Assembly: GCA_019058365.1 (NCBI GenBank)
Contig: JAHPZE010000016.1
Span: 33,670-97,669, forward strand
Length of the DNA: 64,000 bases
Direction: 5' to 3'
Source of the DNA: Promethearchaeota archaeon
GTDB lineage: Archaea; Asgardarchaeota; Lokiarchaeia; Sigyniarchaeales; SOKP01
In this document: positions 52,606 to 62,873 of the stretch, piece by piece
Numbering within the stretch: the stretch's first letter is position 1
Layout: each line of letters begins with the position of its first letter
The notes under the pieces: model-generated
What the model was told of the DNA's origin: nothing
Database searches by the model: none
The model's input: only the letters and a program-made list of their open reading frames with translations
Program-made: the position numbers and the translations under genes

Positions 52606-52784
52606 ATTTATCCCCTTACTATCAGTGATTAAATCATTTTAATTTCCTTATTACTAATCAAAAATGCTATGCATATTTATATTTTTGGCATAAAACTTTA
52701 CCATAGCATTACAAACATTTTTAGAAGATTTTTTACAGTTTTAAAAAAAGATTTAAAAGTAAAGTTAAAAAATGAAGTATAAAT

Positions 52785-53474
52785 TTATTGAATTTTAGTT
52801 ATTCGACCGGAATCCATGCGTATTGTTTTATCTCCGTATTTGGATAAATCTCTGTGTGTTACTACCAAGATTGTGGTTTCCATATCTTTATTTATTTTTT
52901 TAAGTAATTCCATGACTTGCTTTTCTGATTCCGGGTCAAGGTTTCCAGTAGGCTCATCACCCATAATAACTCTTGGTCTATGAATGATTGCTCGAGCAAT
53001 ACCACATCTCTGTTTTTCACCACCAGACATTTGAACAGGATAATGATCCTTACGGTCAAGCAAATCAACATCTCTTAAAGCTGAAATTGCCCTATTCTCG
53101 ATCTCCTTTTGACGTAATACTGTTGGCCATAAAACCGATTCTACATTTTCTATTGCAGTTAATGTATTAACAAGATTAAAATCTTGAAACACAAACCCAA
53201 TTTTCTGTCTTCTGAGTCTGCTTAATCTATCCTCAGTTGCCCTTGCGATGTTTTCTCCATCAAAAATGATTCTACCAGAATCAGGTAAATCCAGTCCCGA
53301 TAGAACGTTGAGAAGTGTTGATTTTCCACAACCAGTTGGACCTTGAATCATAACAAATTCTCCAGATTTGATTTTTAAATTCACATCTGCTAACGCTCTA
53401 ATTATAGCACCAGCTCTTCTGTATTCTTTATTAATATCCACAGCTTCAATCATAACATCTTTATCAGACGACAT
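52785..53474 (-). CDS. ABC transporter ATP-binding protein (LolD/FtsE/MacB type)
   Basis: GPTGCGKST, IGFVFQ, MSGGEKQR, DEPTGNLD and VTH. Confidence 0.93.
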   Translation of the reverse strand: MSSDKDVMIEAVDINKEYRRAGAIIRALADVNLKIKSGEFVMIQGPTGCGKSTLLNVLSGLDLPDSGRIIFDGENIARATEDRLSRLRRQKIGFVFQDFNLVNTLTAIENVESVLWPTVLRQKEIENRAISALRDVDLLDRKDHYPVQMSGGEKQRCGIARAIIHRPRVIMGDEPTGNLDPESEKQVMELLKKINKDMETTILVVTHRDLSKYGDKTIRMDSGRITKIQ

Positions 53475-53489
53475 TTTTCTCTAACCTCC

Positions 53490-54020
53490 TTACTCCCCTA
53501 CTTTTTTCAAGGCTATTATTGGTCGTACTTTAAGCACTTTTCTATATACTAAAATAAAAGCAATTATTTGAACAATGATAAATAATGCACTTGTAAAAAT
53601 AACCGGAAGTAATCCAATTAAGATTTCATTAACACTTGATAAAAATCCTTCTGAGTGTAAATAAGCTAAAGCAGCAGTATAGTGAAATAAAACTTCAACA
53701 ACAATGAAAAATCCAACTAGAGTAGTAAACAGAATCATTCCTGAAATTAACGATAATATATTTTTATTTGTATATCCAATACATTTGAAAGTTGCCCAAA
53801 CACGTCTCTTTCTTGAAACTAATATCCAAGCGTAAAGTAAGGAAAGAAATAGTGATACTCCAATAAAAATATATACAAAATACCATGCGACATCAGACCC
53901 TAAATCTATGAATAGAGATGTCAAAAATATTAATGTTGTATAAATTAATGTAAAAACTATAAATACTTTTTTTTCACGTAAAGATAGAAGAATAGCCTTT
54001 CTCCACATTCTAAAAGCCAA
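53490..54020 (-). CDS. minimal FtsX/MacB-type permease (4 TM, no extracellular domain)
   Basis: SRKRRVWATFKCIGYT coupling helix and C-terminal KVRPIIALK, both typical of FtsX-like permeases. Confidence 0.8.
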   Translation of the reverse strand: MAFRMWRKAILLSLREKKVFIVFTLIYTTLIFLTSLFIDLGSDVAWYFVYIFIGVSLFLSLLYAWILVSRKRRVWATFKCIGYTNKNILSLISGMILFTTLVGFFIVVEVLFHYTAALAYLHSEGFLSSVNEILIGLLPVIFTSALFIIVQIIAFILVYRKVLKVRPIIALKKVGE

Positions 54021-54125
54021 TTAATTTCACCGTGCTTTTTTCAATTTATTTTTAAATTATATTTAAATTTATGATTGATTTTATTTATGTTATTATAACA
54101 ATTCAATAATAAATATTTGGTGGAA

Positions 54126-54527
54126 ATGTCCGAAATTGAAGCAATAATTGATGATTTATTGAACGAAGAATCTAATATTTATGGTGTTGCTATAATAAGT
54201 AAAGATGGCAATTTAATAACTCAAACAGAAAATTGGGATTTAACTAATGATCTTGATCTAATTAATGAATTACTTAATCAAAAGCTAGAATTGGGACAAA
54301 AAGGGATAAGTAGCATTATAATTCAAGGTATTAAGTATATGATAGTCGAGAATACAGAAGAGAGAAAGATTGGTACAAATATTACTGGTAAAGGACATCT
54401 TATTATTTGTCCTGTTCCAATAGGTGGTACTGGAGCGTTAGTTTGTTATATAAATCCTCAAGCAGGTCCTAGAGACGCACTCTTTGCAGCTCAAGAGTAT
54501 GCTTTAAGACTAAGTAACTTTATTTAA
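54126..54527 (+). CDS. Asgard (Loki-type) profilin
   Basis: IYGVAIISKDGNLITQTENWD...SIIIQGIKYMIVENTEERKIGTNITGKGHLII...ALVCYI matches Lokiarchaeal profilins. ATG at 54126. Confidence 0.9.
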   Translation: MSEIEAIIDDLLNEESNIYGVAIISKDGNLITQTENWDLTNDLDLINELLNQKLELGQKGISSIIIQGIKYMIVENTEERKIGTNITGKGHLIICPVPIGGTGALVCYINPQAGPRDALFAAQEYALRLSNFI

Positions 54528-54542
54528 TTTTTTTTATCTTTT

Positions 54543-55661
54543 TTAGACTATTGAGCTCCAATACTTAGCTAAAAGCTTTTTTAAGCTAGATTTAATTTTA
54601 CTTATTTCACTTTTTTTGGAATTACCTGAAAAATCTAAACATTCAAAAGGAGGGTGCTCATACTTCTCTTTTAATAAAGCTTTTATCACAGAGTGTACAC
54701 AAACTGGTAATCCTATTAAACTATAACCACCTTCCAATATAAAAGCTAATTTACCTTCACATATATCCTCAGCAATTTTCAATAATTTCTCAGTAAATTT
54801 ATAATATGAAATCGTTGTTAATAGACAGTTTCCTATTGGATCAGCAAAATACATATCAAAACCTGCGGCAATTATAATGAGATCCGGTTTGAATTCTCTT
54901 AAAACCAGCTCAAGGATTTCAGTAGATTCCAGAAAATCATTATCGGTAGAATTCAATGGTATTGGAAAGTTAATATTTCTCCCAAGACCTTCTCCTGTAC
55001 CTAATTCATCAATAAATCCAATTTCTCCCTCTGTTAAATCATATTCATGAATGGAGAAATATAGTACCCTTGGATCATCATAGAAATATTGGACAAGTCC
55101 ATCCCCAAAATGAGCATCTATGTCAATTATAGCTATTCTTTTGTTATACTGAAGTTTTTCTCGTATAAATATTATAGAATTCGCTATATTATTAAATATA
55201 CAAAGTCCAGAAGCTATTTCTCGCAAAGCATGATGTCCTGGGGGTCTTATGAGTGCAAATGATTGATTCACTTCATGATTAATCACATTAATAATTGCAC
55301 TCATAGCTCCTCCTATTGCCTTTTTAGCTAATTCATAAGTATCTTCAGTGACACATACATCCTCTCCTAGTATTCCATTTCCTCTACTTGAAAGGGTTTT
55401 AATTGAATTAATATGATAATTCGTATGTGCTAACTTAATCACATCTTCTTCTACTGTGAACGGTTTTATCTTAATAATACACTCATTATTAAAAATCTCC
55501 GTCTTTTCTAAATAGCTTAAGATAGATTTAATCCTTAAGGGGGTTTCGTAAGAAAAAAATGTAGGATATGGATAAGGGGGCACATTTTTTGTAGCAAAAT
55601 CTTCATCTACAATAATTCCAATTCTATTATTACATGTCATTTTAAAAGTAAAAATAATCAA
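54543..55661 (-). CDS. Zn-dependent histone-deacetylase-family (class II-like) deacylase
   Basis: RPPGHHA, GLCIFNN, DIDAHFGDG, SIH, AGFD...DP and LEGGY. Confidence 0.93.
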   Translation of the reverse strand: MIIFTFKMTCNNRIGIIVDEDFATKNVPPYPYPTFFSYETPLRIKSILSYLEKTEIFNNECIIKIKPFTVEEDVIKLAHTNYHINSIKTLSSRGNGILGEDVCVTEDTYELAKKAIGGAMSAIINVINHEVNQSFALIRPPGHHALREIASGLCIFNNIANSIIFIREKLQYNKRIAIIDIDAHFGDGLVQYFYDDPRVLYFSIHEYDLTEGEIGFIDELGTGEGLGRNINFPIPLNSTDNDFLESTEILELVLREFKPDLIIIAAGFDMYFADPIGNCLLTTISYYKFTEKLLKIAEDICEGKLAFILEGGYSLIGLPVCVHSVIKALLKEKYEHPPFECLDFSGNSKKSEISKIKSSLKKLLAKYWSSIV

Positions 55662-56002
55662 AAATACCTAAATTATTATAATAACAATTACATACATTTA
55701 TTTTAAATAAATTCTAATTTTATCACTAAAAAAAGTGTTTATTATTGCTGGATTAGTAATTTTTCTTACAATATTATTAAACACGCTGCCAATACTTATT
55801 TTAATTATATCTCTATTGTTCATTTGGAAAAAACTATAGGCAAATTATATTTTAGAATTTTTTTAGGAATTGTAGTTTTCTATTTGATTTATTGGATTTT
55901 ACCAATTATTTTCCAAATTAATGCTAAATTTAATTGTTTCTAATTTCTCATAATTGGTTATTTGAAAAGAAAATCTTGCTTTTTGTTATACTAAGATAAC
56001 GA

Positions 56003-56464
56003 TTAAATTCCAAAGACAGATTTAATACGGTCCTCTATTTTAAATCTTAAATCTCCGAGAATTTCATCAATTCGGGGCTTAGATTTTTTAAAGTAATTCG
56101 GTTCTTTCGAAAAAATATCATTTAGAGGATATCGATCGAGAAAATAAGAAATAATTTCCTTTAAATGTTGTTTTACAAAATTTGGATCTGTTCCTTTTTC
56201 AATAATGGCATAGGATAATAAAGGTTGAGTATTATTAACTTCTTTACTTGCTAATTGGACTGTTTTAAAATAACATACGATTTCAAAGCCCGAAAAAGAT
56301 ATTACATTAATCTTATCATCATATACCTCAGTAATGTAACTCTTCAAGCCAGTTAGAAACTTAGCTCGAATATTAGGATCAAAAACATTATCTGAAGATG
56401 AATAATATTTGATCTCAACTAAATTTTTCATACCAAGGTTAATCCCAACTTCTAAAACCGCCAT
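56003..56464 (-). CDS. Asgard longin-like hypothetical protein
   Basis: VLEVGI....NLV...NIRAKFLTGLKSYITEV...LSYAIIE. Paralogous to 33426-33887. Confidence 0.55.
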   Translation of the reverse strand: MAVLEVGINLGMKNLVEIKYYSSSDNVFDPNIRAKFLTGLKSYITEVYDDKINVISFSGFEIVCYFKTVQLASKEVNNTQPLLSYAIIEKGTDPNFVKQHLKEIISYFLDRYPLNDIFSKEPNYFKKSKPRIDEILGDLRFKIEDRIKSVFGI

Positions 56465-56641
56465 TTCTAAAAAGGAAAATTATTTAAAAGCTCTAAGACT
56501 TTCTTATTACTTTTTTTTATTACTCCATTTAATATATTTTTAATTATTTTTTTTAATTTTTACCGGTAAATAGACTAAAAAATATTAAATATAACTTCAC
56601 AATCTTATTATTTACAAGACTATATCTTATTCCCAAAAATA

Positions 56642-57265
56642 ATGAATATTACTCACTTAAGATCTAAATATAGAAAAGAAATTGAGATTATTAGACAAAA
56701 AGTACATAGAGAAAATACTTTTATTAATTTGAGTGGTATTGACGAAATTATTCTACTACTTAATAAATTAAACCTAAAAGATAGAAGCGAAATTCAGGAT
56801 GTATATATAGAAAAACTACTATATTATGCAATTAAAAATTGTCAAAAAGTTAATGAGGGTTTAATTGATGAGAATCATATTAAAAAAGCATTTCAAGATA
56901 TATATAGAACAGAACTAGATTTGATGAGAAAGATCCAATCAATTGAAAGAATTGGAGTCATTGACACAGAACAACAACAAGTAGATGTAGAAGTCTTTAA
57001 AGAAGATGTAGAACTAAGCACTCCAGAAGTGCAACCAGAAGAATTTGAAGTCATACAAGAGGAAGAGGTAATAATGATCTCTGAGGAAAAACTAATACAA
57101 GAGGAAGTCTCATCGAAAGAAGTAGGAGTAATCAAACCTGAAGAACCACCAGAAGAATTAATGCCGCCTAAACCTCAAATAACTAACTGTCCTTTCTGTG
57201 GATCGGTATTTGATGAAAAACCAACTTTCTGTCCCCAATGCGGAATGATATTTAAATATAAATAA
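56642..57265 (+). CDS. hypothetical protein: helical N-domain, acidic linker, C-terminal zinc ribbon
   Basis: CPFC...CPQC at the C-terminus and an E-rich linker. Confidence 0.7.
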   Translation: MNITHLRSKYRKEIEIIRQKVHRENTFINLSGIDEIILLLNKLNLKDRSEIQDVYIEKLLYYAIKNCQKVNEGLIDENHIKKAFQDIYRTELDLMRKIQSIERIGVIDTEQQQVDVEVFKEDVELSTPEVQPEEFEVIQEEEVIMISEEKLIQEEVSSKEVGVIKPEEPPEELMPPKPQITNCPFCGSVFDEKPTFCPQCGMIFKYK

Positions 57266-57409
57266 ACTCTACTTTAATAAGGACAATCACAAAGATTTTA
57301 TCCTCTTGAATTTTTAGCCTACTCATGATTTATTCATTTTCCCTGATTAATTAATAAACCTATTTTAAAGGAATTTTGTTGATAAACATTCTTCGATATC
57401 AATTTTACT

Positions 57410-58237
57410 TTATTCGGGAATAGTAGCTACAGCGCGAACCCATCCAGCACTAGCTCGAGCAATCTTTATAGGGAAACAATATATAGTTGCTCCTACTGGA
57501 GGAACTTTATCTAAATTTGTTAATTTTTCCATTTGAAAATATCCTAATTCAATTCCTGCAAAGTGTCCTTCCCAAATTATAGATGTGTCGGGCTTTTTTT
57601 CTCTTAAGGAGTGTTTCCACTTTTTTGCGGTTATTGAGAAAGGAGCATCCCAAGACCACGCATCAATCCCAACAACATGTACACCTTGTCTAACTATGTG
57701 TAATGTTGCTTCTTTTCCAATACCAATTCCGAAGTTTATATAATCATTTGTTCCATAATGATTTGGAGCATTTGTATGAACACATACAATGTCTCCTTCT
57801 TGTAGTTTATGTTCAATTTCATTTAATTTATTATCGACATCTCCAGGAGTCATAATATACCCCTCCTCATATTCAGTACAATTTAACACTATTAAAGGAC
57901 CTATCCCCCACTCTAATGGAAAATCATCAATTCTAATTGCTTTCTTTTTTCCAATCTCTTTATCCTGTATCGGTGCATAATGCCAGGGAGCGTCCATGTG
58001 CGTTCCACTGTGTGTGCCTAAGGTAATTGACTCAACTGCCCAACCTTTTCCATCTGGTAGGTGCTTTTCAGGTTTTAATCTCGGGAAGATAAATCCCATT
58101 TGTAGTGCACCTTCATCATGCGATGTGTACTCTATTTTTGGTTGTGTTAAGGGCGGATCAAACACAGCCTCATCTGGATTAATAATAGGAATAGATAAAT
58201 CAATAAATTTCATAATTAACACTATAGTTCTATTCAA
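57410..58237 (-). CDS. cyclase / kynurenine-formamidase-like metal hydrolase
   Basis: IDLS, THSGTHMDAPWH, VGID and EKLTNL. The likely start is MKFIDLS. Confidence 0.9.
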   Translation of the reverse strand: MNRTIVLIMKFIDLSIPIINPDEAVFDPPLTQPKIEYTSHDEGALQMGFIFPRLKPEKHLPDGKGWAVESITLGTHSGTHMDAPWHYAPIQDKEIGKKKAIRIDDFPLEWGIGPLIVLNCTEYEEGYIMTPGDVDNKLNEIEHKLQEGDIVCVHTNAPNHYGTNDYINFGIGIGKEATLHIVRQGVHVVGIDAWSWDAPFSITAKKWKHSLREKKPDTSIIWEGHFAGIELGYFQMEKLTNLDKVPPVGATIYCFPIKIARASAGWVRAVATIPE

Positions 58238-58302
58238 TTAAAATGTTGATTAATTAGTTAAAAATAGAAAAAAAAAATGATTAGAGTCTTTGGTAAATTA
58301 TA

Positions 58303-59367
58303 TTAATTAAGATTCTTTCTTTTTCCCTCAAGTACCGCTAATCCCATTTCCATAACTCTGTTAAAAGGTTCTTCTCCATCTTCTCTCAATTGCAAAGTTA
58401 TTGCTTCCTCAGGGCAAACTGTAGCACATAATCCACATCCAAGGCATTCATCTCTTGATACCACAGCAATATCATTTAAAGATATTGCTCCAACTGGACA
58501 TCGATCAACACAAGTCCCACATCCAATACACACTTCTTCATCAATAATAGATTCAAACATCGCATTCATGAATTTATGTTTATTAAGTCCCTTCTCTGTA
58601 ATCCCCCTCATTGATGCGCAGCAACATGGACAACAATTACATATATTTGAAAGATGTTTAGAATTAGCTCCTGCGTGTACTAACCCAGCTTTATCTGCTT
58701 CCTCAATAATTCTAATCGCTTCGTCGGCAGATATTTTACGACCAATACCATTTTCAATATAATATTCGGCAGCAACTCCGAAACTAAGACAAGTTTCAAT
58801 AGGATAATCACACCCTTCTCCATTTAATCTAGCTTCTTTACGACAAATACAAGCTGTTACGGAAATCACTCTTGCCTTTCTGATACTATCTTTCAATTTT
58901 TGATAAGGATAAAGTATAGTATTAGGTTCAATTGTTTCTTCGATGGGAACTACTTTAAATCCTGGTACATCACTAAGTCCCATCTCGTCTTGATATGCTG
59001 CATAATAATATTCTTTGTATAATTTTGCGAGCTCCTCATCCACTTTTTTCACAGAATATTCATATAAACCTATCATAAAAGGTATAGCATTGAATAAAGT
59101 TTTATTATCTCTTCGCATTCGAAAAATTAACCCTTTTTTTGCCATCATTTCAAGTTTATTATCCAAATCTTTAACATCCATTCCACTTCTTTTAGCAATT
59201 TTACTTGCTTCTTCAGGAATATGGGTTAAATGTATCGCGATACGTGCTTCTTCAACAGTAAAAAGCCTTTTTAGTATTTTTATTTCAATACCAGAAGGAG
59301 TTTGGGGATATCCTAAAGGAAATTGGTCTAAAAATTCTCTTAACCTGAAAAAAACATCATCAGTCAT
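58303..59367 (-). CDS. Fe-S protein: N-terminal HTH-like domain, Cys-rich core, C-terminal 2x[4Fe-4S] ferredoxin
   Basis: CICR...C..ETC, ICNCCPCCC, CIGCGTCVDRCP and CLGCGLCATVCP. Confidence 0.85.
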   Translation of the reverse strand: MTDDVFFRLREFLDQFPLGYPQTPSGIEIKILKRLFTVEEARIAIHLTHIPEEASKIAKRSGMDVKDLDNKLEMMAKKGLIFRMRRDNKTLFNAIPFMIGLYEYSVKKVDEELAKLYKEYYYAAYQDEMGLSDVPGFKVVPIEETIEPNTILYPYQKLKDSIRKARVISVTACICRKEARLNGEGCDYPIETCLSFGVAAEYYIENGIGRKISADEAIRIIEEADKAGLVHAGANSKHLSNICNCCPCCCASMRGITEKGLNKHKFMNAMFESIIDEEVCIGCGTCVDRCPVGAISLNDIAVVSRDECLGCGLCATVCPEEAITLQLREDGEEPFNRVMEMGLAVLEGKRKNLN

Positions 59368-59639
59368 TTCAATCGATTAACAAATAAATTACTTAATTTT
59401 TTAATAGTCTTCGTTAAAATTTAACTTAAATGCTTATAATTGCTATTTTTTATATATTCTAATTTTAAGACAATTTCCGATTTAACTAATGCAATTAATA
59501 TTTCTTTTATTTGTTAATATAAAAGATACATAGAATCTTCATTACATTTGAACTTTATTACTTTTGATAAGTTTAAAAATAAGTTTACTATTATAAATAA
59601 TAAAAAATTTTTAATTTTTAAAAATAGAGGTGAAATTTT

Positions 59640-60188
59640 ATGGCAAAGAGAAAAAGATCAGTTTTAGGGATTATTGCATTCATATTCAGTATTCTAGGTC
59701 TTGGACTTGGAGGTTATGCAATATATTATACTTTAGGGATTACAAACCAAACAGTAATGCCAGAAGCTCATCTTGCACGAGCTTATTTAACTTCCAGTTA
59801 TACTGTCACGGATTTCAATTGGCATGTGATCAATTTTAATGCAATAGATTATAATGTCGGTAATGACTTTGATCTTGCTACCGATACCTTTACTTGTACC
59901 TATGCAGGATATTATCTAATTTCAGGGATGGTAACGCTTAATTATTTAGTTGATGGAGAATATATGTATGTAGGAATTTATAGGAACACTACAATATTAG
60001 AAGCCGCAAATTGCGTTCAAGCTTCTCAGTCAAGTGTAGCATCCGCTGAGATTGTAGATATATTATATTTAAACATAGGAGATTCAATACAACTTAAAGT
60101 TTTACACTCTCATACCCCAGATACAGATGTTTTTGGACTTTCATCTGCTACTTGGACTTACTTATCTATAGCGCTCATCCAAAACTAA
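59640..60188 (+). CDS. membrane-anchored C1q-like (gC1q/TNF-fold) domain protein
   Basis: N-terminal KRKR plus TM helix, then INFNAIDYNVGNDFDLATDTFTCTYAGYYLISG and ILYLNIGDSIQL, the gC1q signature. Confidence 0.8.
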   Translation: MAKRKRSVLGIIAFIFSILGLGLGGYAIYYTLGITNQTVMPEAHLARAYLTSSYTVTDFNWHVINFNAIDYNVGNDFDLATDTFTCTYAGYYLISGMVTLNYLVDGEYMYVGIYRNTTILEAANCVQASQSSVASAEIVDILYLNIGDSIQLKVLHSHTPDTDVFGLSSATWTYLSIALIQN

Positions 60189-60622
60189 ACTTGGTGAAAA
60201 TTTGTTATTACAATAATTCTTTAGATTGATCAGACTGTATAACTCAGAAAGCAGGAAATTTTATAAATGATAGCTAGATCCCTAATTATATAATTCAATT
60301 TTACTAAAATCAACTTTTTATTTTTGAACTGCTCTTATTTTTCTTTTGGGATTTTAGTTTCTTCTTATGATAAACTTTCAAGATCCTCGGTTTCTCAGAG
60401 CTTCACTCATAGAGAAATTAGAACCCCATTTAAAGTATTTATAGAAACAAGTGTTGATTTAACCATTTTAAAAAAAATTTTCACTTCGAGGAAATAAAAG
60501 AACAACTTAAATGGGCTATTAACGGAATTGATATTGTTGGGTGCGAGTTAGCCCAAAATATAGCTAAAAAACTAAAAGAAAAATAGAAAGAAAAAATAAA
60601 TTAAAAAAAATGATTAAATTCC

Positions 60623-62311
60623 TTAATACATATCGGGAGGCATTCCCATACCACCCATACCACCCATCCCTCCCATTCCAGGGGGCATACCACCAGGGGG
60701 CATACCACCAGGGGGCATACCAGCGCTTTTAGCTGAGGCAATTACATCATCGATGCGTAAAATCATTGAAGTTGCTTCGGTGGAGCTTTTGATTGCTTGT
60801 ACTTTAACGACGGTTGGTTCGACAACTCTAATTTTGGCCATGTCATTTACAACATCACCAGTATCTAAATCAGTGCCGGCAAACTTATTGCCTTTTTGAT
60901 GAGCTGCTCTTAATTTCATGAGAGTATCGATTTGGTCTAACCCTGCATTTTCAGCTAGGGTTTTTGGGATGATATCAAGTGAATCTGCGAAAATTTCGAC
61001 AGCAAGTTGTTCACGGCCGCCTAGAGTGGATGCGTATTTCCTTAATTGAATAGCAGTTTCAATTTCAGGAGCGCCACCACCGCCTACAAGTTTTTCATCT
61101 TCTACAACATCTCTAACTACACAAAGTGCATCATGAATCGCTCTTTCAACTTCATCAATGATGAGTTCAGTTCCACCTCTTATAAGAATTACAACAGATT
61201 TAGGGTCTTTACATTCTTCAATGAAAATCCATGAGTCATTCATTATTTTGCGTTCTTCTACTAATCCAGCCCATCCAAGTTTATCAGGGGTAATATCATC
61301 GAGATTTGTAAAGATAGTGCCACCAGTAGCCTTTGAGAGTTTTTCAATATCAGATTTTTTCACTCGTCTAACAGCCATAATACCTGCCTTAGTAAGAAAA
61401 TGTTGAGCCATATCATCAATTCCTTTTTGGCAGATGACGACTTTAGCTCCAGAATTTTTGACTTTTTCAACCATAGTTCTTAGCATATGTTCTTCTTCAT
61501 CTAAGAATTGTTGGATTTGTTCTGGGCTTGTGATTTGAAGTTTAGTATCAAATTCAGTTTTTTCAATTTCTATTGCACTTTGCAATAGTAAAATTTTAGC
61601 ATCATTAACACTCTTTGGCATTCCAGGACTTACAACTTCTTTATCTAAGATAATACCTTTAATTAAACTGGTATCATCAATTGAATCTCCCTCTTTCTTT
61701 TGAATTTGGACTTTTTCTATATCAGCATCCCATTTTCCATTCTCAGATTTTTCAGAAACAGCTACAATAGCATCCATACAGATCTGAGCTAATTTTTCTT
61801 TTGATTCAGATACAATTTTACTAGACATACAAGTCATAGCAGCATTCTTCAATCCTTCCTTATCCTCAATTCCGCTTTTGATTGAAATTTTCTCAAGGAT
61901 TTCAACTGCTTTTTCTGCTGCTTTTCGGAAGCCTTCAGTAATTACTGTAGGATGTATTTTCTGTTCTATCAATTTTTTTGCGCGTTTTAATAATTCTCCG
62001 GCAAGAATAACTGAGGTTGTTGTTCCATCACCAACTTCTGAGTCTTGAGTTTTAGCAACTTCGACCATCATTTTGGCAGCAGGATGTTGCACATCAATTT
62101 CTTTTAAAATTGTTGCGCCGTCATTCGTGATTACAACGTCTCCAAACTGGTCTACAAGCATCTTATCCATGCCACGAGGTCCAAGTGAAGTTCTCACAGC
62201 TTCAGCAATAACAATTGCGGCAGCAATGTTGTTTGACATCGCATCTTTTCCACGTTGTCTTTCTGTACCTTCTTTCATAATAAATACAGGTGTTCCGCCT
62301 AATTGTGCCAT
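60623..62311 (-). CDS. ths: thermosome (group II chaperonin) subunit
   Basis: [36 protein letters not shown] and a GGM/GGMPP tail. ATG at 62311. Confidence 0.97.
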   Translation of the reverse strand: MAQLGGTPVFIMKEGTERQRGKDAMSNNIAAAIVIAEAVRTSLGPRGMDKMLVDQFGDVVITNDGATILKEIDVQHPAAKMMVEVAKTQDSEVGDGTTTSVILAGELLKRAKKLIEQKIHPTVITEGFRKAAEKAVEILEKISIKSGIEDKEGLKNAAMTCMSSKIVSESKEKLAQICMDAIVAVSEKSENGKWDADIEKVQIQKKEGDSIDDTSLIKGIILDKEVVSPGMPKSVNDAKILLLQSAIEIEKTEFDTKLQITSPEQIQQFLDEEEHMLRTMVEKVKNSGAKVVICQKGIDDMAQHFLTKAGIMAVRRVKKSDIEKLSKATGGTIFTNLDDITPDKLGWAGLVEERKIMNDSWIFIEECKDPKSVVILIRGGTELIIDEVERAIHDALCVVRDVVEDEKLVGGGGAPEIETAIQLRKYASTLGGREQLAVEIFADSLDIIPKTLAENAGLDQIDTLMKLRAAHQKGNKFAGTDLDTGDVVNDMAKIRVVEPTVVKVQAIKSSTEATSMILRIDDVIASAKSAGMPPGGMPPGGMPPGMGGMGGMGGMGMPPDMY

Positions 62312-62520
62312 TTTTTTCACTTTTTGTAAATATAATTATTGAATTTTTTTTTTAATATAATATTTTATTTATATAGATCTCTAAGTCATAAAATTAAAAA
62401 AGTTTACGAATTTTGAATCCCGTGAGAAAATTACTGAAATTTATGATTTTTATAAATTCATACTTATCACGAGAAAATTGCCATGTTGCTTTACAAAATA
62501 GATAAAAATTAGATAGGTAT

Positions 62521-62685
62521 TTATTTAGTAAGTTCTCTCTTTTTTAGTCTTAGATCTTTTCCATGGCATCTACGGCATTTCTTTGCTCTAAGTGGATTAA
62601 GAGCTCCACATCTTCTACAAACAGTTTTCTCTAGTAGATGATATCTGGCGATTCTCCTCTTCACTGGATCGTCTATAGGACTCAT
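62521..62685 (-). CDS. rpl40e: 50S ribosomal protein L40e (eL40), not in the ORF track
   Basis: Hand translation gives MSPIDDPVKRRIARYHLLEKTVCRRCGALNPLRAKKCRRCHGKDLRLKKRELTK* (54 aa, CxxC...CxxC). Confidence 0.95.
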   Translation of the reverse strand: MSPIDDPVKRRIARYHLLEKTVCRRCGALNPLRAKKCRRCHGKDLRLKKRELTK

Positions 62686-62873
62686 TTTTATTCAATCAAT
62701 ACTTAATTTTACGAAAATTTTTGTTAAGCTCAAAAACTAATAAGAATAATTTCTAAAACACACGATTTAAAATAAAATTTTTGTTTAGACTATAGGAAAA
62801 TATGATAAAATTAAAATTCTATAAATAATAGATCTATTTATTCTTTACATTATGTAAGATTAGTTGAGTTAAC

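Noticed and set aside
60630-60725. GC-rich 15-bp tandem repeat (ccagggggcatacca) as a regulatory repeat
   Set aside because: It encodes the ordinary GGMPP/GGM C-terminal tail of the thermosome.
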